A DNA stretch of 64,000 nucleotides from Lingula anatina (GCA_051362555.1 CM120643.1:25796848-25860847); one strand, 5' to 3'; counted from the first letter of the stretch, positions 23,401 to 35,486 are shown. The notes: generated by a model not told the origin, from the sequence alone. Numbers and translations: made by a program.

Positions 23401-26400
23401 CAAAAATTCCTAATTACTGTCCCTCATTGGCTATTGCCAATTTCAGCATTTGAATATCAAACTTTTGAAGAAACTGTTTAGTTTGATAAAAAAAAAAAAC
23501 TGAATTACATGTACTTGTATAAGTATCTACATTATTCTCTTAAAAACATTTTTTTCAATTGTTTGATAAAGATGAACCAATTACCCCATTCTCTTCTCTC
23601 CACTGCTCACTTCTTGAAAATTTTGCACCAACATCATCATTCATAACTTTACTTGGTTGTCTCTTTCTCTTAGACCCAGATGGAGCTGCATTGTTCTGTA
23701 AGCAACCATTATTCCCACTATCTTCATTCTTATCAATAACAGCACTGTTCAAACCATTTTCAGAACTTTGATCCAAATTATCAGGGATACTTTTTTTATC
23801 CTCAGATGATACTTTGTTTCTTCTTTTATCACATATTGGTTCCCAAGCAACCCCCCTGGCAGTGTGTCCGAAGTCAGAGAAAGGCACATTTGTCCTCTCT
23901 GTGGATAATTTTTTCTGTAATGAAACCGAGGTCTGTGCTTTCATTTCCTTTGAAGTGCTGGAACGTTCTTCAAAATGAGTCTCCTTTTCTAATGGGGGCG
24001 TATTCATGGTGACACTTTCTTTTCCCTGTTGATCCTGGCTTGGAACATCATGCATACCCATTTGATCAAGCCTTCTCCAAGACTTTTTATTCAGTTCACT
24101 GTCCATTGCCTCACCTTCAAAACTTTTCTCAGAACCAATTATATTACCTCTACTGGGACTTCTTGAGGATGATGGCGATATTTCTGGCTCTTTCACCAAA
24201 CTGTCAGCGTTGGCATGCCACCCTGGGGGCAACGATGCCCGCTTGTGAACCAGAGAGGGTCTGACAAAAGATGGCGCCTCATCATGGTTTCTTTTTCCCC
24301 CTGGTGTCGCTACACTATGGCCAAACTTTGACAACTGAAGAGCTTTTGAAAATATTCCAGATTTTGGAGAATCACAGGATAACTTCTCCCCCTGCGCATT
24401 GTCTTTTATATTTTCATTGGGAGGTGGCTGAGATTCATTGCCATATGTATTCTTTTTCTGTGCAATATCATGATCTCTGTCACACCTGTCTTGGGAATTT
24501 GCTTTGAACACAGAGACTTTGCTTGTATTTCTAACTGGTTTTTGTGTATCCTGCCTTACTGCAGGAAGCTTCTTTGTCTGAATCTGAAATATTAGAAAAA
24601 ATAATTTCTTACCTTCAGATTCAAATGTTTTGGATTAAGGCATCTGTATTTGCCTGCTTTCCCTGAGGTTGTATTCATATGATTTGGTTTGTACTTTCTT
24701 TGATTGGTAAGCAAATTTTTCCAAATATGCAGTAGTGGTCTTGGACAGTAACTGTGCTGGGGTAGCGCTAACATTTTTTTTTTTTTTTTTTTTTTTTGCT
24801 TAGCCAAATCACCACATTTTTGTCAATTTGTTACCAAAATGGTTATAATTTTGCTAAAACATGTCAAATCAAGCCCTTTTTCTTTAGCCAATTTAAGTCA
24901 GTTTTAGCATTTGGTTAAATTGGCGAGTGTTAGCGCTACCCCAGCTGTGGGTTAGTACGAGATATCATATCCCTTGCTTCATTGTCTGAGCCTATTTTAA
25001 ATTTCTTTATCTGTGACAATCATAAAAACTATTAAGTCTACAGAAAATGGACATTTCAATTTGCATAATCAAACAGTAAGCTATCCAATTTTGATAAATC
25101 AAAACATGAGCCAACTAAAGAAAATGTGATGTCCTTCATTCCTTAATGGTAAAACCTCTATAAAAGAAACAAAAACATGATATTTACTAGTGCAGCAGCT
25201 TTCAGTTTCATTCCTATTTTGTCCATTACCGAATCCTCACACTTTGTGGTGGTTGAAGATTTTGCTGAGTCCTTGAGAGGTTTAGTCTTGTTACAATTAG
25301 GACCCCAAACATCATTTGCTGCTACCTGAAATGTATTATAACATATTGTGACTGAACCCTTTTAGCAGTTTTTATTCATAGGCAGAGATCAATAAGTTGT
25401 GAAATAATTACATTTATCTGATTTTTTTAAATCACTTGTACCAATGAGATAGCAACACTCATAAAAACAAGTATTATGTGATGCAGGTAAAGAAACTGAT
25501 TTTCTGGTATATATCTTTCATTCATTCACTCTTAGATAAAATGGTAATCAAGAACACTTGAGCAATTATCTTATAACTAAATTTCTAAAAGAGCAAAGTG
25601 ATGCAAAAAATAGTTTAAAGTATGCTATGCAATTAATTAAAGCTTGACAAGTTAGCAAAATTAAATAGATATAATACTTTAATTTCCAGATTTATGCAAA
25701 CTATGCACTCAACACTTACTGATTTGGTCTGCTCTTGCTGTCTTTTTAATTTCTTATATTGCTGGTAGGCATCTGTAAATAATTCACAGCAGTCAGCAAC
25801 AACTATTTTTTTAATTTTTCTGTAAACTTCTTACATTTTCCTGTCCTTATGTTTAAAATCAATTTAATGCTTTTTTATTTTGGTTACTTTTTATGTATTA
25901 ACTTCAGCTGATGATTATGTTATAAAAAACTTTAGATACTGAAGCAGTTTCGGAGCATGATAAATTTTTTTGTTTTGTGCAATAGTTCCCATCACATGAC
26001 AAAGCAAACTTACCTTTCACTTCTACTGGGCCATTCTCAATATCATCCTGGAAACAATAAACATTTCATATAGCAAACAGATAAAGGTATGCTGCTTGCA
26101 ACATACACATCACATCTAGGGGATGGGCTAGGTGTATTCAGATATGACATACTAACTTCGAGAGATTACATCCACGAATCAGCCATGTGAACAAGAGTGT
26201 GTTGGTCAAAACCATGCAGCTTCATATAATTATCAGGTTGAAAATCATGTTACTGTACCTCTCTGTAGAAACAATTTACTTTTAATATGTCATTTAGCAA
26301 CAAATGTCTTAATAATCATTTAGCACATGTGAGTACCTTTCCTGGTTTGTATCCCTCTTTGGAGGTAAACTCTGCTTCCCATGACTTCAGCCTTTTCTTC

Positions 26401-26441
26401 AAGGTCTGCAACTCATCTGTTATGCTTGGCTCTCCCAGCAT
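11467..26441 (-). CDS. RECQL4: ATP-dependent DNA helicase Q4, multi-exon
   Basis: Sld2-like N-terminus [25 protein letters not shown] (ATG 26441), ENFVRLNMK, zinc knuckle [14 protein letters not shown] (~22805-22845), Walker [77 protein letters not shown], and C-terminal [15 protein letters not shown] with stop at 11467-11469. Confidence 0.95.
12980..13055 (-). repeat. Intronic partial duplicate of a RECQL4 exon end
   Basis: Reads [22 protein letters not shown] versus exon [22 protein letters not shown] at 13144-13218, and lacks the GT donor. Confidence 0.8.
14876..16711 (+). CDS. TRIM-NHL protein, intronless, copy B, nested antisense in RECQL4 intron 13652-17291
   Basis: 611-aa ORF colinear with 8505-10340. 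The flanking RECQL4 exons (..DMKEE G at 17292 / GISTLL at 13651) join in frame across it. Confidence 0.92.
   Translation: MAEALAAAFTDDLLTCSICLEEYEDPRVLPCYHTFCYGCIYRHAKLTMTRYRSFLCPICRQEIPFPREGLVKLENDLSIHKAKELLSQQQKHEVGSPIKEIDVHCVTHGISKTVIKCEKHPTNELKYYCEDDDTIVCSDCALTEHYRHGIVPVEEAAYITRKKIKTVLVKIMPKLSTFKEAVAKEIVGELEESQIMAASINKIKEQTQCIRKLVDQREQELISEVNSACDIRKKQSKANMDNLELHHASFQTVCNFAQELITNGSDSEIMIHTTALAERLTAMEKPPVPTPDTPAQISYSPGEISTAGLEAMLGQVTVQLQPSTPTGLGADLPIERSTPHPPVFLEKAECVHSFSSKLTFDKKVMFIRGLAIDELHVFIVHKDRTKVFMVEGQLKFDIKLNQPFDVALSQTGHLYITSEGDKCVKVYSTRGQHLTNMGQGQLEWPRGISLNKQGHVTNVMVCDQIKESIFVFHADSGQLLNTIPLSMCEFPGYITVNNVNGNIVISDRGKKHCVHVLSPTGDLLYQYGTEGSGDGQLWFPCGMCTDSYGHIFIADSENSRIVTLSPQGQFIRYIATKGDGLRYPAALAINPAGQLVVAERFGKVKTFQYLQ
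24757..24944. mobile_element. MITE in a RECQL4 intron
   Basis: Perfect 17-bp TIR CTGGGGTAGCGCTAACA/TGTTAGCGCTACCCCAG with 5-bp TSD CTGTG (24752-24756, 24945-24949). Confidence 0.85.
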
Positions 26442-26479
26442 ATTTTGACATCTAAAAATTCTAAACAAACGTCTCACCT

Positions 26480-26968
26480 GCAAATGCAACCGTGTTACGC
26501 AGGTGAAAAAAATGAATACTTAATATTGACCGATTATACCATGATACTATAGCGAGGGTGATTCTCCACATGCAAAATCACAATGAAAATACACAGCATT
26601 TGATAAACAATGTTGGAGTGGGGTTCAGAATTTCGGGCGCGAATCAACCAAAACAAACAGGTCCAATGCAAGGCTTAATAATAACACAATCTACATCTAC
26701 ATTCGGTTTTTAGCAATAACTAACAAACTGTCATATAATTCTTTTCAACTCACCCAATTTTTGACTTACAACACCGTCAATCCGACGCAGATTTTTACAA
26801 CGAAGTGTTTAGTCTTCGCACTGCCATTCTTGAAAGATGTCACACATGACGTCATTACGACATTTTAAAACGAGGCTTGGATTTCCCTTCCGCATCTCAC
26901 ATCGAGACGTCAAGGCTTCCGTAGAAGAAGGCAGGCGAGGGAAGACGACCACTTTATCTGGCTTCAAG
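26480..26968. promoter_or_regulatory. Probable bidirectional promoter RECQL4/CYBA
   Basis: Divergent start codons ~530 bp apart. CpG-rich against background, with a perfect CRE TGACGTCA at 26847-26854 and an E2F-like tttcgggcgcgaa at ~26631-26643. Confidence 0.55.
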
Positions 26969-29092
26969 ATGGGCCAAATAGAGTGGGCGATGTGGGCCAA
27001 CGAGCAGGCGATGGCTAGTGCCGGAGGTGAGATTAATGAAATTAACCATTATCTTACTTAAGGTGACGTACAGCACAGATTATCATAGCGCTAAGGTAAA
27101 TTAAGGGACTTGTGTACTAAAATGTAATATACAGTAGTCTGTTATTATAGTAAATAGAATGAACATAGCTACCGCTAAGGTATGCTTATTTGTGCTAGGG
27201 CCAGCTGACGATGGTGTTTACGGAGACACAGATGGGCGGGACCCATTCCATTTTTCTGTTCTACTAGGCACGTGTGACGGTGTCTTGTACATTACCCATA
27301 AATATTTGGGAGATTGGACAAAATTTGGTTCTAAATCTTATATTTTAACATTTTCCATTTATTGTTAACTGGGTACTTATACATTTGGTCATGATATATA
27401 AGTGTTGCCTTTTTTTTTTTTTTTTTTGCAGTCCTTTTACTTGGTGGTATAGTGGGTGTTTCAGGAATTTTCAAGAACTGGGGGATAGCAGTCTATGGAA
27501 TGTATCCTTTGATGGAATGTTTTTAATTTCACAAAATATTATATGATATTGAGATGATAATACAAGAACATGTTGGTCATGAGTGTGTTGCAAAGCTTCT
27601 GTTAATTTCCTTGACTGTTCTCAGTGTGATAGCAGTGCTTATAATTGTGTTTGAGTATCCACGTAGTCAGAGAAGGAAAGGGAACACTATGGAACGAAAG
27701 TAAGCAAATCTTTCTTAAATAATAGATAAGATGTATCATCAAGTTTAACTTACTTGAAGAGTGATATCATATCATTAATTGCATTCCAACAACAAGGTTT
27801 CATTGTCAGTGATAACCCGTTCTGTTACATATATGAACCACAGGCTCACAGAGTAGGGAAGTTGCCGGGGAAGTTGAAAAAAAATACCCTGAGCCAAAAT
27901 TTGATCTTATTTCTATTGCATTACTCAGTTCAAGTCATCTAAGGGGATACAAAGGTCCTTCAATTTGAGAAAAACCTTTTCTCTCCCCCCTCCCCTCCTT
28001 TGAAATTGCTGGCTATAGGCCTGAACCAGAAACTACTGAGAATATATACCACTGCATTGTTACATAAACTTCCACATCTTATTGCCTTAGTTTTAATACC
28101 TCTTAAATTTTCCTTCCAGGTTTCAACATATTCTTACTCCAGCTGTAGCTGCTTTGGGGCCAGTATCTAGAAACTATTATGTTAGATTTGCCTTGTATCT
28201 GCTGTGAGTATATTGTCAGAGTAACTTCACTGATTTTTTAAAAAAATTATTAATTATTATTATTTTTTGGTTATCAGATAAATTATTTGTGTGATACAAT
28301 AATTGTAAATCTTTAGATTTAGATGATTATCTCATAAATTATCTCATTAATGAACTGAACTGCTAAAAAGGCTGTGCACTAAACATATGTGTATCAATTA
28401 AATAGTATAAATGCAAATATTTTGTTTTTTATAATTTCAGTTAACAAACTGTAAGATGTGTGTGAAGTTGTGAAAACCAATGTATCCTCAATCTCTTGCC
28501 AAATAGCATTTTGTCACTTGAATGACCAAAAGTTTTTTTTTTTAATTTATTCTTGAAAATGCACTTTATTTTAGGTTCTGTATACCATGTTACTTCATCT
28601 TACCCACAGTTTTAGGTGGAATGTGCCTTCTTGTTACCAGTATCATATACTTTGTTGTGAGTGCCTTTTGTTCTTTTTCCAATGTTCAGTAAATTTTTGA
28701 ATATTTTTTGTGCCGTGTACTACTGTGTACGATTTATTGTATATGTTATATGGTTTTATGGTATAAAGTTTGGTTGATATGCATACACGAAACTGTTTTC
28801 TCCTGCATGCATGCGCACACAGACACACATACATTTCTTTCTGCATTATAAATACAAACAGATATACAGTATATGTGCATAGAGTTTGTTAAGAAATGAG
28901 GACTACTACATACTATGATTAAAGTATACAATTCTATCACAGGCTGCCATAAAGGGAGAACAGTGGATTCCAATAAAGAAAACTGAAGAATCTCGCAGAC
29001 TACAAACCCTTGAACCTCCATCACGCCCCCCTCCCCGCACTCCAGTCCATGCACGAAGGGATGATGCCCGCATGGCAGAACACAGGATATAA
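26969..29092 (+). CDS. CYBA: Cytochrome b-245 light chain (p22phox), 6 exons, 172 aa
   Basis: Exons 26969-27026, 27432-27501, 27625-27699, 28120-28203, 28575-28656, 28943-29092 splice in frame: MGQIEWAMWANEQAMASAG..EYPRSQRRKGNTMER..LGPVSRNYYVR..AAIKGEQWIPI..PPSRPPPRTP. Confidence 0.96.
27502..27624 (+). other. U12-type (minor spliceosome) GT-AG intron, CYBA intron 2
   Basis: 5' site GTATCCTTT and branch point TTCCTTGAC at ~27607-27615, about 9 nt before the 3' end, with no polypyrimidine tract. Confidence 0.85.
27841..28023. mobile_element. Degenerate MITE in CYBA intron 3
   Basis: Imperfect TIR CAGGCTCACAG/CTATAGGCCTG with 5-bp TSD AACCA (27836-27840, 28024-28028). Confidence 0.55.
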
Positions 29093-29588
29093 AAGGGGGG
29101 TATGGATCAGTGCTTATGTGAAGTTTTCAGATAACTTTTAACCCAGAGGACTGTATTTTCCAAAAGTAGACATATGGATAAAGGGGACAAGGAGGCAAGG
29201 AAACAATCAGAGATGTACAGGATACATAGGAAGTTTTCAAAAGACATCTAACTAGCTGACACTTTGTTTTCTGAAAGTCATTGTTCGGAGGGTGAAGATT
29301 ATATGCAGATATCAATCATTTCTGTTGCAGTAGACTCTGCTTTGATCTTAGAATTATTATCATTATTGTTAAATATACAGTATCTAGTCCTTCAGATACT
29401 TTACCATAGGTGCTTATATCTATACAAAATCTACAGTACGGGAAAACCCAGTACTTTTCATGCTTTTCACTTACATCAGCTACATTTTTTTAGACCATAT
29501 GTATATCATATCATGTCCATTTAGCAGTCAAGTCAAAATGACGTCATGTTGATAATGACAAATTAGTCTCTGGTTACATCATGTAGTA

Positions 29589-29750
29589 CAGGAGCAGATC
29601 CACTGATATTATCTGACAGTCTTCCTAATAATCTTTGTTGATTCTGCCGTCTTTAGACCGAAAAAATTAGATGCCCATCAAATTGACAACGTAAACTTGA
29701 AAGATCCAACGGTCTTTAGGAAGACCCAGATGATGGGTAGTCTACCCTTG
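29589..29750 (-). mobile_element. Degenerate copy of the 7598-7765 MITE, opposite orientation
   Basis: Aligns end to end with the reverse complement of 7598-7765 (gaaaaaattagat.ccc.tcaa, gtaaacttgaaa, ggaagacccaga) and is flanked by TAGTA on both sides. Confidence 0.75.
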
Positions 29751-30200
29751 TAGTACTTAAACCCCTCTATTAAATGGTGTTTTTATTGGACTCAGATTGG
29801 CAATTTAAAAGTTTAATTCTACAATTGATATTATTTTTGATATTTTATTTACATAACCATTAAAATAATATTCATGTGACAATCATAACATTGTATATTT
29901 TTGGTATTTAAAGTAACTTGAAATCCTTCCAAATACTTGGCATTGATAAATAATTTGACCAAATTGTGTAAGTATAAAACAAACTTCTTTGAAACTCATG
30001 ATATAGAAGTTGAAAATTCATGAATTATTTTACCATTTATCAGATTGCTTTCAGGTTTATACAGGTATTCATTTGGTGCCAAGATATTATGCTGTTTTAT
30101 TTCTAGAGCACTGTTGCTCAACTCAAATACTCTCTGGCTTCTTCCTCTCTGCTTGATACTGTGTTCAATATTCAAAGGTTTCATAAAACAAACCAAGTGT

Positions 30201-33200
30201 CTATTGGGAAGTGAACTGGACGCTACCTGTGTATACTACACCTTTAGCTGAAGAGAAAAAGAATAAAAACTTAATATTAAATAGTTTAGGTTATTTATAT
30301 GGTTATTTATATGAATAGCAAAGAAATATATTTAAAGTAAATAATAAACATTGTAAAATAATTTTCTTAGTTATGTTGGGTTTTTAATTTTTCTTTACAG
30401 AAAGTTGCAACAATCGGCTTCTACATCTATTTTTTCTGTGACACCCAAATTGCAAATAAAAAACAACAATTACGGTGATTGCAAGACTAAAAGTAAACTT
30501 AAAAAAGTTTACCTCTACCAGTCACGGTGTCTTGTAGCACCCCTCCACGGACGCTAGTCAACTGGACGCGGAGAGGGTACTGTATGGGACGCTGGTAACG
30601 GCTGAGGATGCTTGGATTCATGATCCAGAAGCCGTCATTTGTTCTCATCATCGGGACGTACTGTTTAGAGGCTCCGTTGTATAGTGCCATGCCAGTGACT
30701 GGAAGTCTGAAATTAAACAAAACCAGCATGTTATATTCATCTATTCGTTTATTGTGTAAGTTTTATCATTGTACACAAAAATGAAAAGTACCGAAGTCGA
30801 CCTCTAGGTAGAAAGTATAAACTTAAGACAAAGCATGCTTTATGCATAAGTTAAGAATACATTTAATGTTTTACATTCTTAAAAGTTTTAATTTTCCGTT
30901 GTTCATAATGACCAGCGCGACTCGCTTCCTGCAAAACAGGTCAAGTATTTTTTAAAACAATTCTCGAATAAATTCAACTCGAGGTATTCGGGTGCTTCAG
31001 ATCATGGAATACTTCCATGCTCAGATGTGTTTAAATACGTTTTGGATATATCCAAACGATCAACGAATTTGTCACGCCATCTTCTGGCACCAATAGCTTG
31101 GTTTAGTTCCAAGAAGCAGCTCGTTCACCCCATGTACATATTTTACCGAAATGTCCTCCAGCAACCACTGGCTATAAACCTCAATATATAGTTCATTAAG
31201 GACAAACTCATTTATAGAGGTTTTAAGGCCAAATTAATCCGAGCAATTAACACACTCTTGACGCTGGAATTTGCTTTGGCACTCAACGGTCTCAAGTTGG
31301 TGACCTCTGTTGAGCGAGTTCAATCTTCTGAATCTAAGACTGCCGCTCGCAGCAAGATGTATGTAAATTAACCGTTCAAGGGATTTTACAGAGGGATGTT
31401 TAAGCGCAAAATGATAGTTCTCCCCCCCCCCCCCCCCCCCCCCCCCCCCATGTCGCTATATCAGTTGCCAATCCTTGGACGAAGAGAACGTTCGTCCAAG
31501 GCCAGTCTATAACTCCTTTTATTTCAACCATATATGCCGAGTGTTACGTACGGCTGCCTTCCTCTCGACAGATACAATTATATCGGAAAGCACGTGTCGC
31601 ATACCTGGTGTTGCCAACTTGAATTTTAATGTACCAGGGGCTGCTGTCCTGGAACCTGTAGGACACATTGTCGTTGAAAGGACACGGGACAGCAGTAAAA
31701 TCAATGTTCCAGCGGCCGTCCCCAACTAGGGCAAAATCGACGTCACCTAAGACACAAATAGGCTTAAAAGATATATAACAAGATATTGTATTTTGACTGT
31801 TACTTACATCTTTATGGTATCAGACAGCAGTTAAGTTTATCTCCTAGTGCCGTCTCCCAATTGGAATACATAAATGCTCAATCGAATCTAAAAACAACTT
31901 ACAACGACTTTTTAACACTACATGCAGGCCTACACTAGCCAGCCATAATGCCAAAAAAAAAAAAAAAAAATCGGTTCAGTGCGTTTATATCACCTTAGGA
32001 CGCGCTGATGCGTAGGTTGCGACTTTTTAAGAATGATAAGAAACTGTATATAGCTTCTTGCTAATATCTTACAACATTAAGAAAAAATTACAAAACTTTA
32101 CATGTAGGCCAAATGAAAGATCCAATTCATGATTAGATCTTGTCTGCATTAAGAAGGGGAGTCCAATGTTTCACTCACCTTGCTTGCAAGACGGACAAAG
32201 GTCTGTCACGTACACAAGGTAAGTGCCTGTAAGTGGATTTAAACCTAGTCCCTGCCCAGAACCTGTAACCTTTAAAAACACTGCCGCCATTAGAGAGAGA
32301 GAAAGAGAGAGAGAGAGAGAGCGTGCGTGTGTCTATATGCATGTATATGTTTGAGCGCGTCTGTGTTTGAAAGAGAGAGAGAGCAAGAGCAACAAATGGT
32401 ACATTTCCATCATTAAATTGCAGTTTGAACACTTTAAAAGGGTATCTAGAAATTCTAATCTTTTAAAACACCAGGAAAAAAGACTAACGAAGAGAGGAAA
32501 AATACTGACTCTTAGACAAATTCCACATGTGAGTGACCCTGTGAATTGCTCAATGTTTATTGCCGCGGTGCTGTCTATCCCATAGTCACTGAGCTTTCCG
32601 GGCAACATAGATCTCAGTTGGCATGTCTCCTTGGCCTGGTTATATGACTGTCCGTAATAAGTGCCCTAGAATTCAATATAGGGTGAAAATATAAGGTATG
32701 TTTCGTCATCCGGCAAAAATTAATAATAAATAAATTCAATTAAAAATTCAATTAAATAGCGATGATCTAAAACAAAACGAAGGCGATTATTTGTATGAAA
32801 ACAAAGTGGTGTTCACAACTGAGTGGCATTTTAATTGCTTCAATATGCCAAATTTTCCAACATTCAAACTGCATTAATTATAAGATAAATATGCCAAGAG
32901 GCGTAGTTGCAGTATCCAAGCAAGCGACCCCCGATTTAAATAGTGCGTTAGATGTTAAATAAGTAATCAATGTTCGCTTCTTATTTTGTACAGACAATTC
33001 TAAAACAAACAATAACATCGTTTCGAAAAAAGTAGATCCGTCAGTCAGATTTTAAATATCTATCAATCGAGGTAAAGTGTATTTTCAAAGACGTGACGTG
33101 ACTGGTCTTTTTCTAATTGCCCCAAGTCAGCCTGGCATAATGCATTTTTTATTACCATTGATGATAATTTTAGGCTGTTAAACTGATAGTGAATCCTTCT

Positions 33201-34089
33201 AGCGGCCTAGATTTGTTAATGTCAGAAACGACGCACTTTTTTGAGTCAGTGTGGCCCTGCAAACATTTTTACAGTTTCTAGCGCGTTTTTCAAATAAAGG
33301 TGTGATTATTCTCAACAGTATAAATATGCAGAAGTCCACACCCTTTTCGCAAGCCAAAGAAAGGGAAAAACTATTCACAACCCCTGTGACAGGAATGGTA
33401 TTCCTAGGAAAGGATGTCCAGGGTCTAATATGACAAGTACAGGTTATTAGTATATGAGATGAATGTCACCTATACAAAGTAATGGGGAACGGATTACGTT
33501 GCCTAGCGGACTACCATTCCTGTCACTCCCCCCCCCCACCCCCAAGTATTCACCGGAATTTTATCTCCACCCTGTGATGCAACTGAACCAACAAGAAGGA
33601 CGTGAGTCATTTGTATCGTAAAGAAATTAAACATGCGTGTACATGTATATATCTGTGTGCACAGCGTCGACTAAACCTGGGATAGGCACTGGCAGACCGA
33701 GGATATAATATACGGGGGGAAGGGGGGGGGGCAGTTAGTGGTACGCCCAACCCGCACGCACTACAGAAATCTTTTCTTTGTTTCTTTGATGAAGACAAAA
33801 ATGGTGAAATTTATTTGAGGTCTTTTGTAGCAATGAGTTCACGAAAGACCTCGGGGCGTCAGTGCGTCTTTCCTCCCCTCTTGAAAAAGAAATGGAGTCT
33901 GTTCTCCAGGCAAGCTGTCTCCCTAAGAAATAAGGAGCCTTCATAGCGGAAGATCTTACCGTGGATAAGTCAACTTACCTCTCCGAAGAATCTCTTCTGG
34001 TACAATTCATTTAACTTCGTTTGTTGTGCGCTTCCACCAGGAAGATTGTAGGCCAGCGTATACAGCAACGTTAGGGTGAAGATCAACAT
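30201..34089 (-). CDS. Secreted expansin-like protein (EXLX/YoaJ-type: DPBB domain + CBM63-like domain), 6 coding exons, 246 aa
   Basis: Exons 34089-33979, 32665-32510, 32269-32179, 31746-31605, 30706-30513, 30247-30201 (741 nt, all GT-AG, phases consistent): signal peptide MLIFTLTLLYTLAY.., FFGEGTYYG..C..AAINIEQFTGSLTCGICLRVTG..VYVTDLCPSCKQGDVDFA..GRWNIDFTAVPCP..YRFQDSSPWYIKIQVGNTRLPV..MMRTNDGFW..YPLRVQLTSVRGGVLQD..GSVQFTSQ*. Confidence 0.9.
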
Positions 34090-34448
34090 TTTTCCACTGA
34101 AAAGTTGAGCATTAATTCTGTCAATTTGACTTTTTTATTGCTTGCCCTAAATAAATAAATAAATAAATAAATACCTTTGCTCAAGGTAGGAAATGTTATA
34201 TAAGCTATAGAAATCTGGTACATAACAAATTTCAAAAACATTTCAAGAGGTAAAATGAAATCAGAAAACATACATGCTAAAACTGATGTACCTTTTCTGG
34301 CAGAGCTTGATGACCGATGCTCCTCTAGCCTGTTGATATTTTCAATGCTCTTTGAATCTAAATGCTATTCAATGCAAATACTTGTATGTGCAATAAGTCA
34401 TTCAACGTTCTACTGCTAATATACCCGTACAAGTTCAGTTTCATCTCC

Positions 34449-34458
34449 CTTTTATATG
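34449..34458 (-). promoter_or_regulatory. Candidate TATA box of the expansin-like gene
   Basis: Minus strand CATATAAAAG upstream of a putative 5'UTR exon (donor ~34291). Acceptor at 34097 lies 7 nt before the ATG. Confidence 0.35.
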
Positions 34459-34996
34459 CTTTGAAGTGGCCTTCCTGACTCACGGCCCAAATGATGCGTG
34501 TATTTCTAGAAAACTTTGGCATAGGCCGATGACCAATAAGAAATGACAGCGACCCAAACAGACGATCGTCAGACAATGTTGCCTTGAGAGAGGTTGTAAA
34601 TATGGGATGAGTCAATAAAAAAGACATAAAAACCTTTGACGTCAGTTATTAGTCTTATGGAGGAATGCATGCGATATTTTGATCGACGGGGTAACTTGGT
34701 GCACGCCCAAAAAAAGGGGGGTGGGATGGGGCAATCTTGTCTTGAAAAGAGAAATAAAATTTAAATTGAAATATAAATTTAAATTGAAATAAGTAGAATT
34801 TTGAGGAAAACAATCAAAAGCGACTTTAACTAAAAAGTTAAATAGAATTTTTACATGTGTGGGAATAGGCCTACCAATACTCCCGATGTACTCTTGAGCA
34901 AACTCTGAGAGCGCTTTCCCCCCCAAGAAAGGAGAACGCTAATTGCAAAGTAAATTACTTGAAGATGTTATCTTCATAACAAAACAAAAATAAGGA

Positions 34997-35062
<66 letters not shown>
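34997..35062. repeat. (AAT)n microsatellite
   Basis: About 22 perfect AAT units. Confidence 0.95.
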
Positions 35063-35064
<2 letters not shown>

Positions 35065-35486
35065 AGGGTTACAATTAAGCTATTTGAATGAGCTTCTTTC
35101 GAATGAGAGAGAGAAAGAGAGAGAGAGTTAAAAACAATTTGCAAAAAAGCAAGAGACGTTTGCACAAAAATATAAAAACTAGAATTGCTCTTTTTGTGTA
35201 CACGAGCTTGTCAATCAACGAATAAATCTAACCTTATTTCTATTACTTTATTTATTAATTTTTATTAAAATCTATCCATCAATAATAATTTGGTATTCAA
35301 TGGATAAATAAATAAATGAATATAAACAATCAAAAATTTAAAATGTTATTTAGATACAAGTAATTATATAGACAGATGCAAAGATTGAATAGTTAATGTA
35401 TTTTTTTATTTGCAAAAGAAAATACTTCAGAAAATTAAATTCTTATAAAGGGCAAAAACTTGTCACCGATAGCGACACCTACAACA

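Noticed and set aside
24592-25011. MITE disrupting a RECQL4 exon
   Set aside because: The exon ending ..KAAAL (~25188) splices in phase 0 to the acceptor at ~24583 (IQTKKLP..), so the MITE is intronic. The reconstructed empty site has a stop codon.
28441-28490. Cryptic or poison exon in CYBA intron 4 (tttcag acceptor, nearby gtaaga and gtatcct)
   Set aside because: Exons 4 and 5 already join in frame with conserved lengths, and such motifs occur by chance. No support without RNA data.
30900-31600. Transposon inactivating the expansin-like gene; ORFs 31475-31729 and 31519-31725
   Set aside because: The region is intron 4 and splices out cleanly. The ORFs are antisense or off-frame shadows of exon 4.
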